This document shows, piece after piece, positions 57,805 through 64,000 of a stretch of 64,000 nt of DNA. Both the position numbers and the translations under genes were made by a program. The stretch's first letter is position 1, and each line of letters begins with the position of its first letter. The notes under the pieces are model-generated. The model was not told the origin of the DNA, made no database searches, and saw only the letters and a program-made list of their open reading frames with translations. The DNA lies in NCBI GenBank assembly GCA_028285625.1, contig JANQOX010000018.1:19245-83244 (forward strand), read 5' to 3'. This DNA comes from Myxococcota bacterium (GTDB lineage: Bacteria > Myxococcota_A > UBA9160 > UBA6930).

Positions 57805-59202
57805 CTAGCGCAGCAGCTTCGGCGCCACCTGCTTCAGCGTGGGAACGAGCTCCGCGAGCGAGTCCTCCAGCGCCGACACGGCGTGGTCGACCTCGGACTC
57901 GGCCATGGGAGAGGACGTGCAGTACATGAGCCGACTCGCGCCGAAGACGCCGCGCTCGAGCATCAGCAGGTGGAGCAGGCCTCCAACGGCACCGGCTCCG
58001 ATCATGCCCTGCAGGGCGTCGCGGGCGTTGGAGATCGGTGCGTCGGTGAGGTGGAGGTTCGTGAGCGACCCCACTCCGGTCGTCCGGCCACGCACGCCGG
58101 CCCGCTCGAAGGCGCGATCGAAGCCGGCTCGCAGACGCTGACCGAGTGTGCCGAGGCGGTCGATCAGTGCTTCGTCCACCCGTTGCATCGTGGCCGCCCC
58201 CGCGGCCATCGAGAGGGGATTGCCCGAGAAGGTGCTCGAGTGCATGACCGGGCGCCGTTCGCCGGGGTGGAAGACGTGCATCAGATCTTCGCGCCCTCCG
58301 AACGCGCCGATCGGTAGCCCCCCGCCGATGATCTTGCCCAGCGCAGTGAGATCGGGCGTGATGCCGTGGACCGCCTGGGCGCCACCGACACCGAGTCGGA
58401 GCGTGACGACCTCGTCCAGGATCAGGACCACACCGTGCTTCGCGGTCTCGTCCCGCAGCGCCTGGAGGAACTCGCGGGTGGCCGGGACCATCCCCATGCT
58501 GCCGAGCACGGGCTCGACGATCACGGCCGCCAGCTCGCTCGCGTGCTGGGCGATGAGTGCGGCGGCGGCGTTGGGCTCGTTGTACGGGCAGACGAGGACG
58601 TCGTCCACGAGGCTCGGGCTGTGGCTGGCATCGACGGGCACGACGTCGGGCGCGTTCGCTGGACCGGCGAGGCCCGGAAGCGGGACGAGGCTCGCCTCCG
58701 CAAGCTCGTAGCTTCCGTGGTAGCCGCCTTCCATCTTCATGATCTTGCGTCGGCCCGTGCTCGCGCGGGCGCAGCGGATCGCCATCAGGGTTGCCTCGCT
58801 GCCCGACGCCGTGAAGCGAAGCTGCTCCATCGAGGGGATCCGCGAGCGAAGGATCTCGGCGAGCTCGAGCTGGCTCGTCGTCGCGGCGCCGACCGCCGAG
58901 CCTCGCGCGGCCTGCCTCGAGACGGCCCGGACGACCTCGGGATCGGCATGTCCCAGGATGACCGAGGTGAAGTTGTTCATGAAGTCGACGAACTCGTGAC
59001 CGTCGACGTCGCGCACGCGGGCGCCTTCGGCCGAGTCGATGAAGAGCGGATGGGGCGCGTAGTGGGCACTCATGCGGGTGTCGCCGCCGGGAAAGGAGCG
59101 CCGAGCCTTCACCGCCAACGCCGCCGAACGCGGCGCCCAGCGCTCGTAGTGCCCGTGGATTCGGGACCGGAGGTCCTCGATCGTCTCGGCTTGCAGCGTC
59201 AT
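57805..59202 (-). CDS. Class III aminotransferase, glutamate-1-semialdehyde aminomutase-like
   Basis: SFPGGDTR, FTASGSEATLMAIR, YHGSY, LILDEVVT and LGKIIGGGLPIGAFGG (PLP Lys) motifs. Start at ATG 59202. Confidence 0.85.
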   Translation of the reverse strand: MTLQAETIEDLRSRIHGHYERWAPRSAALAVKARRSFPGGDTRMSAHYAPHPLFIDSAEGARVRDVDGHEFVDFMNNFTSVILGHADPEVVRAVSRQAARGSAVGAATTSQLELAEILRSRIPSMEQLRFTASGSEATLMAIRCARASTGRRKIMKMEGGYHGSYELAEASLVPLPGLAGPANAPDVVPVDASHSPSLVDDVLVCPYNEPNAAAALIAQHASELAAVIVEPVLGSMGMVPATREFLQALRDETAKHGVVLILDEVVTLRLGVGGAQAVHGITPDLTALGKIIGGGLPIGAFGGREDLMHVFHPGERRPVMHSSTFSGNPLSMAAGAATMQRVDEALIDRLGTLGQRLRAGFDRAFERAGVRGRTTGVGSLTNLHLTDAPISNARDALQGMIGAGAVGGLLHLLMLERGVFGASRLMYCTSSPMAESEVDHAVSALEDSLAELVPTLKQVAPKLLR

Positions 59203-59219
59203 CTTGTACAGTGTATAAG
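59191..59219 (+). promoter_or_regulatory. Candidate sigma70-type promoter overlapping a 17-bp imperfect palindrome (likely TetR operator)
   Basis: TTGCAG (59191-59196), a 17-nt spacer, then TATAAG (59214-59219). The palindrome CTTGTACAGTGTATAAG (59203-59219) matches its own reverse complement at 14 of 17 positions. It is the most AT-rich patch in the neighbourhood. Confidence 0.4.
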
Positions 59220-59242
59220 AAAGCGCGAGAGGAGCCAACCCG

Positions 59243-59965
59243 TTGGCGGCGAGAGCACGATCGAAGGCATCCAGGAAGGCTCGGCCCCGGCGCGCCCCGA
59301 CGGCCGTCGGCCTCGACCGCAAGCAGGTGGTCGAGGGAGCGCTGGCCCTGATCGACGCCGAGGGGCTCGGCGCCTTCGGCATCCGATCGCTGGCCCGACA
59401 TCTCGGCGTCAATCCCGCCGCCATCCAGTGGCACGCGGGCACTCGGGACCAGCTGCTGACGGCGGTGATCGACGAGGTCGCGGGGCGCCGCAGCCCCGTC
59501 GACCCCGGCCACCCCTGGCCGGTGCGCTTTCGTGAGGTGGCCCGGTCGCTGCGTCGGACGCTCTTCGCGCACCCCAACCTGGCTCCCTTGATCGGCGGCG
59601 CCCTCACCTCGAACCGGGGCGATCAGGATGCGGCGATGGAGGAGGTGCTCTCGATCCTCCACGAAGCCGGACTCCGCGGTCGCGTGCTCGCCGACCAGGT
59701 GACGGCCGTGACGGGGGCCGTACTGGGCTTCATCGCGATGGAGCTCTCCGCGGCACCGGCTGAGGACGTCGCAGGCTTCCGCGAAGCGGTCCGCGAGCGC
59801 GTGGCCTCGGTGGACGCGCAGGTCCATCCGCAGCTCGCCCGGACCATGCCGCACCTGGCCAATCGAAGCTTCGTCTATCGCTGGGATCGCGGCTCGGATG
59901 CGCCGCTCGACGATGCCTTCGAGCGCCTGCTCGACACGCTCGTCGCGGGCATCGAGCGAGCCTGA
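59243..59965 (+). CDS. TetR-family transcriptional regulator (TetR_C-type C-terminal domain)
   Basis: HTH FGIRSLARHLGVNPAAIQWH. TTG start with GAGAGGAG upstream. Confidence 0.8.
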   Translation: MAARARSKASRKARPRRAPTAVGLDRKQVVEGALALIDAEGLGAFGIRSLARHLGVNPAAIQWHAGTRDQLLTAVIDEVAGRRSPVDPGHPWPVRFREVARSLRRTLFAHPNLAPLIGGALTSNRGDQDAAMEEVLSILHEAGLRGRVLADQVTAVTGAVLGFIAMELSAAPAEDVAGFREAVRERVASVDAQVHPQLARTMPHLANRSFVYRWDRGSDAPLDDAFERLLDTLVAGIERA

Positions 59966-59980
59966 ACGACTGGAGCACCG

Positions 59981-60820
59981 ATGGAGACCCGGCACCTCGT
60001 TCCCTTCTTCGTCATCACGTTCGCGATCACCTGGGGCGTCGGCGCCATCGTCTTGCTCTTCGGCGACGCCCTCACCGATCGCTTCGGAGACATCGCCTAC
60101 GACGACCCGTTCTGGAAGACCGTGTTCCACCTGGTCACCTATGCGCCGGCCCTCGCCGCCTTCGCCCTGGTGGCCTGGGTCCGCGGGCCCGCGGGCGTCG
60201 CGGCGTTCGCGCGCCGGCTCTTCCGCTGGCGCGCGGGCGCCGTCCTGGCCCTCGTGATCGTGCTCGGGTACGCCGCCCTGGAGCTCACTGCGCGCGCGAT
60301 CTCGAGCGCCCTCACGGGCGCCCCCGAGCCGGTCTTCGACCACACGCCCGCCTGGACCGCCCTGCCCGCGTTCCTGCTGGCGCTCATCGACGATCCCGGC
60401 CCCGTCGAGGAATTTGGATGGCGCGGCTTTGCCCTGCCGCTGCTCCAGCGACGCTTCAGCGCTCTGGTCGCAAGCGTGATCCTCGGCGTCGTCTGGGGCG
60501 TGTGGCACCTGCCCGCGTTCTACATCGGGGGAATGAACCAGGCCAGCCTCTCGCTGCCGGCGTTTCTCTTCTTCACCGTCGTACTCTCGATGCTCATGAC
60601 GTGCGCCTACAACTGCACTCGCGGAACGGTTCTGCTGGCCTTCCTCCTACACGGAGTCGCCAATTTCGAGTTCGCGCCGACCTCGGGCGTCACCTCGACC
60701 GAGTTCGTGGTGGCCGGGGCCCTGGGTCTGGTCGTGGTGGCCGTCGTCGCGCGCCGCTTCGGCAGCGAGCGCCTGGGCCCGCGTCGAGAGACGGCGATCC
60801 TGGCAGATGAAGCCGCATGA
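59981..60820 (+). CDS. CPBP-family intramembrane glutamic endopeptidase (CAAX protease-like)
   Basis: EEFGWRG motif 1, WGVWH, and the HGVAN (HxxxN) motif 3. Multiple TM helices. Confidence 0.8.
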   Translation: METRHLVPFFVITFAITWGVGAIVLLFGDALTDRFGDIAYDDPFWKTVFHLVTYAPALAAFALVAWVRGPAGVAAFARRLFRWRAGAVLALVIVLGYAALELTARAISSALTGAPEPVFDHTPAWTALPAFLLALIDDPGPVEEFGWRGFALPLLQRRFSALVASVILGVVWGVWHLPAFYIGGMNQASLSLPAFLFFTVVLSMLMTCAYNCTRGTVLLAFLLHGVANFEFAPTSGVTSTEFVVAGALGLVVVAVVARRFGSERLGPRRETAILADEAA

Positions 60821-61968
60821 TCCGGCCGCTCGCATTGGGGCTGGCACTCCTCTGTCTCCCGGCGCCAGCGCGCGCAAGTGACATCGACATCGTTGCACTG
60901 ACGTCGGCGGTCGAGAGGAAGCTCGGCGAGCTTCAAGAGCGGGATGGCATTCCCGGCGCGATCGCGGCCTTCGCTCTGCCGGATGGCCGGGTGGGAAGCG
61001 CCGCCGTGGGCTTCGCGGATCCGCAGCGCGGAATCGCGATGCGACGCGACCACCGCAGCATGTCCGGGAGCGTGGGCAAGACCTTCGCGGCGGCCCTGGC
61101 CGTGGCCCTCGCGCAGGAGGGCCGTCTCGACCTCGACGCGCCGATCGCGACATGGCTCGCGGACGAGCCCTGGCTCGATCGGCTGCCGAACGCGGCGCAG
61201 CTCACTCCGCGGATCCTGCTCCACCATACCGGCGGTCTGGAGGACCACTACGACCTCACCGGGTACTGGGTGCGCGCGGTCTGGCGCCGGGCGAGCGGGG
61301 GGGCCGACGCCTACCTGGACGCGCGCGAGCAGATCGCCTGCGTGCTCGACCGCGAGCCGCTCTTCCCGGCCGGCACGGACTTCGCGTACACCGATACGGG
61401 CTACCTCGTGATGGGCCTGATCCTCGAACGCGCTGGAGACGAACCCTACTACGAGCAGATCCGCACGCGCTTCCTGGAGCCCCTGGGACTCTGGCAGACG
61501 TCGCCCTCGGATCGCCGCGACCTGCCGGGCCTGATCGCCGGGCACCAGACGATGACGAGGCTCCTGCCCGAACGCACGACCGACGACGAGGGACGCCTGC
61601 GCATCAACCCTGCGAATGAGTGGACCGGGGGAGGTCTCGTCACGAACCCGGTCGACCTCGTTCGGTGGGCGAAGGCGCTCTACGAAGGGCACGCCCCCGG
61701 AATCCCCGACCCCACCATCCTGTTCGACGATCCCGTCCGCGTCCGAGACGGAACGGCAGCGGGGCTCGGCGTCTTCGTCGAGGCCGCTTCGCCCTTCGGG
61801 CCCGTCTGGGGTCACAGTGGCTGGTTCCCGGGCTACTCGAGCCAGATGCGGTACTTCCCCGACCACCGTATCGCCGTTGCGGTGCAGGTGAACCGGGGCC
61901 GGGGCACGGCGGATCGGGCGTACGCCATGGCGGTGGCGCAGCTCGTGATCGAGGCGGTGGTCAGATAG
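60817..61968 (+). CDS. Serine hydrolase, beta-lactamase/DD-peptidase (class C-like) family
   Basis: Signal peptide, SxxK (SVGK), YTDTGY (Tyr motif) and HSGW. ATG overlaps the CPBP stop (ATGA). Confidence 0.82.
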   Translation: MIRPLALGLALLCLPAPARASDIDIVALTSAVERKLGELQERDGIPGAIAAFALPDGRVGSAAVGFADPQRGIAMRRDHRSMSGSVGKTFAAALAVALAQEGRLDLDAPIATWLADEPWLDRLPNAAQLTPRILLHHTGGLEDHYDLTGYWVRAVWRRASGGADAYLDAREQIACVLDREPLFPAGTDFAYTDTGYLVMGLILERAGDEPYYEQIRTRFLEPLGLWQTSPSDRRDLPGLIAGHQTMTRLLPERTTDDEGRLRINPANEWTGGGLVTNPVDLVRWAKALYEGHAPGIPDPTILFDDPVRVRDGTAAGLGVFVEAASPFGPVWGHSGWFPGYSSQMRYFPDHRIAVAVQVNRGRGTADRAYAMAVAQLVIEAVVR

Positions 61969-62070
61969 CTTCCCCTCCCCGGACCCACGGCTTCTACTCC
62001 ATGCCCACTCCGCGGCCGATTCAGCCTCTACTGGTACGCGTCTTCATCGCGAAGTGATTCGACCCCGCGA

Positions 62071-62092
62071 GATCACCCACGAGGGAGTGATC
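62071..62092. terminator. Hairpin between convergent genes (candidate bidirectional terminator)
   Basis: GATCACCC...GGGAGTGATC: a 6+2 bp stem with a one-base bulge. An alternative pairing is GTGAT (62054-62058) with ATCAC (62072-62076). Confidence 0.3.
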
Positions 62093-62129
62093 GGGGAGCT
62101 GAAGCGGCTGGGGATCGGGTGACTCGAAC

Positions 62130-62744
62130 TCAACGAACAGCCAGCATGCGCTGGGTGAGTCGCACCAGGGAGTCGAGGAGCCGCTCGGTCGAGAGCTCGC
62201 CACGACGCGCGTCTCCGGCGACGATCTCGAGCACGGCGTGGGACAGCATCCGCGTGAGCAGCCACAGATCCGAGGGCGCATCGTGGAGATCGACGCCGGT
62301 ACCTGCCCGATCGGCGCCCTCCGCGACCAAGGCCGCGATCTCCGCCATCAGCGCCCTCAACTCGGGACCCTGCAGATCGGGGGTGTCGAGGAGCACCGAG
62401 CGAAAGAGCGCGCCATCCCGGGCGACGGTCTCGAACACACGGCGCAGGAGTTCGCCTGCCGCAGGCGCCTCCTCGAGCGCGCGATCGCCCTCGACCGACA
62501 GACGGATCTCCTCTCGCAGGACGGTCAGGCGGCGAAGGGCCAGTTGGTAGACGATCGCATCCCGGTTGGGGAAGTACTCGTAGAGGCTGCCGATCGCGAC
62601 GCCCGCGGCGTCCGCGATCCGGTTGGTCGAAGTCCGCGCGTAGCCGTCGTGCCGCAGAACCCGAGCACAGCCTTCGATGATGGCCTCGACCGTCGCGCGG
62701 GCTCGCGCCTGTGTAGGGAGCTTTCTTGCAGCTAGATCAGGCAC
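62130..62744 (-). CDS. TetR-family transcriptional regulator
   Basis: HTH TSTNRIADAAGVAIGSLYEYF. Start placed at GTG 62744 (tentative). Confidence 0.78.
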   Translation of the reverse strand: MPDLAARKLPTQARARATVEAIIEGCARVLRHDGYARTSTNRIADAAGVAIGSLYEYFPNRDAIVYQLALRRLTVLREEIRLSVEGDRALEEAPAAGELLRRVFETVARDGALFRSVLLDTPDLQGPELRALMAEIAALVAEGADRAGTGVDLHDAPSDLWLLTRMLSHAVLEIVAGDARRGELSTERLLDSLVRLTQRMLAVR

Positions 62745-62846
62745 TTGGACGCTGCTGGACCTCGTTCTGCCTGACGGACCAAAGCCGAGTAGATCGAGAG
62801 AATAGCTCGGATATCGTGAGCCTAGGGAAACCGCAGGGAGGTGCCC

Positions 62847-63557
62847 ATGGCCATTGGCTCCGCGCTCCGAGAACTCAAGATCAAGAGTCCGCTCGATCTG
62901 TGGCGCGTCTCGCGTGGCCTCGTCCTGACGATCTGGGATCCCACACGTGCGGACATCCAACACGGCATCAATCGCTTCATCCACCGCGGAATCCAGGAGG
63001 CGTCGCCCGCCCAGATCGAGGCGCTCGAAGCTGCGAGCCCGGAGCTCGTCGCGCTCTTCCGCGAGGGCTACGACCCGGACATCTCGCCCGAGCGCCTGGA
63101 AGCTCTACCGGACGGAACGCTCGGACGTGAGTACGCCCGGTTCATTCGCGACAACGGCATCGACCCCCTCGCCGTACTGGTCGAGCTCGGGGAGCCGAAG
63201 TCCACGTTGGAGTACCTGTTTCGCCGCGCCTACAAGCTCCACGACCTGATGCACATCGTCCTCGACTGCGATGCGACCGTACTGGGCGAGGTCCCCATCG
63301 TTTCTTTCTCGCTCGGGCAGGCCGGAGCGCGCCAGAGCGAGGGACCGCGCGCGCCCGCGATGGCGCTGGCGGTGTTGATCATGAACATCGGGCTGAGAAG
63401 ACCGCACGAGATGCCTCACGCCGTCCGGCTCGCTGCTCGCTGGCTCGAGATCGGAGAGCGGGCGAGGTGGCACGTCACATTCCGGGTCGAGGACTATCTG
63501 GACAAGCCCGTCGCGGAGATTCGCACCGTGATGCTGCCCGATCTCGAACCAGCTTGA
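62847..63557 (+). CDS. Coq4-family protein
   Basis: HDLMH-x11-E (LHDLMHIVLDCDATVLGE) matches the Coq4 HDxxH-x(10-13)-E signature. ATG 62847 is preceded by GGGAGG with a 5-nt spacer. Confidence 0.7.
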   Translation: MAIGSALRELKIKSPLDLWRVSRGLVLTIWDPTRADIQHGINRFIHRGIQEASPAQIEALEAASPELVALFREGYDPDISPERLEALPDGTLGREYARFIRDNGIDPLAVLVELGEPKSTLEYLFRRAYKLHDLMHIVLDCDATVLGEVPIVSFSLGQAGARQSEGPRAPAMALAVLIMNIGLRRPHEMPHAVRLAARWLEIGERARWHVTFRVEDYLDKPVAEIRTVMLPDLEPA

Positions 63558-63634
63558 GCCCGGACACAGCGGACTACTTCGCTGTCGCCCTGTCTAGTTG
63601 AGGACTTCCTTGCCGGTGATCCAGGAGAGCCAGA

Positions 63635-64000
63635 TCACCGCGCAAACCAGACGGCGCCACCAAGCAGCGCGAGCCCGAGTCCGAGCAGCAAGGCAACTGA
63701 CGGCTCGGGCGCCGGCGTCGTCCAGTCGATCCCGGTTTCCCCGATCATGGATACGCCCGTGACGGGGTTTCCCTGGGCGTCGCGCGGATTGCTGATGCCG
63801 AGCCACACGATCGAGGGCCTGATCCGAGCCTCGGCGTTCGCCGACCCGCTGAACGCGTTGACCGTGACGTTCGCAAACGCGTCGACGGTGTACCCGAACT
63901 GAGCGCCCCACTTGATGGGGACGCTCTCGATCGTGCGTACCCCATTGGGGTCTGCGAATGGCGGCCCGCTGGCGTCGTCGCCCGACTCGTGCCGGATGCT
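63635..64000 (-). CDS. PEP-CTERM sorting-domain protein, C-terminal 121 aa (5' end outside window)
   Basis: Hand translation of the minus strand gives ...IKWGAQFGYTVDAFANVTVNAFSG...GIDWTTPAPEPSVALLLGLGLALLGGAVWFAR, then a stop (TGA, 63635-63637). This is a PEP motif, a hydrophobic helix and a basic end. The frame is open to the window edge. It is not in the ORF track because no start lies in the window. Confidence 0.75.
   Translation of the reverse strand, partial: SIRHESGDDASGPPFADPNGVRTIESVPIKWGAQFGYTVDAFANVTVNAFSGSANAEARIRPSIVWLGISNPRDAQGNPVTGVSMIGETGIDWTTPAPEPSVALLLGLGLALLGGAVWFAR

Overview
The window is a very GC-rich, gene-dense stretch of bacterial chromosome. Third codon positions are almost all G/C. 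Lipobox lipoproteins, a PEP-CTERM tail, Nuo and an aa3-type oxidase point to a Gram-negative-type organism. Phylum cannot be fixed from sequence alone. I support about 68 protein-coding genes and saw no rRNA, tRNA or CRISPR array.

Gene content, in order:
- 1-1821: end of the nuo operon (nuoM tail, nuoN).
- 1844-5063: a translationally coupled serS-selB pair.
- 5174-7309: a sensor histidine kinase.
- 7479-11004: a tightly packed four-gene minus-strand operon (PLP dehydratase, PhyH, TauD, class-I amidotransferase).
- 11098-21118: pgi and assorted housekeeping and accessory enzymes.
- 21136-22290: a DUF222/HNH endonuclease gene bracketed by palindromic 24-bp repeat arrays.
- 23854-32138: a large heme-copper oxidase cluster (ctaB, MFS, DUF420, diheme cytochrome c, an unlisted 34-codon ORF, CoxII/I/III/IV, a second CoxIII-like gene, and two small membrane proteins).
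- 32237-39470: an HLD-II haloalkane dehalogenase, a cobalt-type nitrile hydratase (beta-alpha-accessory) and neighbouring enzymes.
- 39612-43691: a MoxR/CoxD-like AAA+ ATPase plus CoxE-like VWA pair, followed by three paralogous uncharacterised lipoproteins.
- 43701-54116: an oxidoreductase island (three luciferase-like monooxygenases, SCP2, sulfatase, molybdopterin oxidoreductase, two GSTs).
- 59243-63557: TetR-controlled modules.
- 63635-64000: a partial PEP-CTERM protein at the right edge, absent from the ORF track.

Best candidates for something undescribed:
1. The lipoprotein triad next to the orphan MoxR-VWA pair.
2. The repeat-bracketed HNH unit.
3. A recurring pattern of 21-26 bp tandem duplications sitting exactly on start or stop codons, including a triplicated SD+ATG.

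All family assignments come from motifs I recognise by eye. No database search was run.
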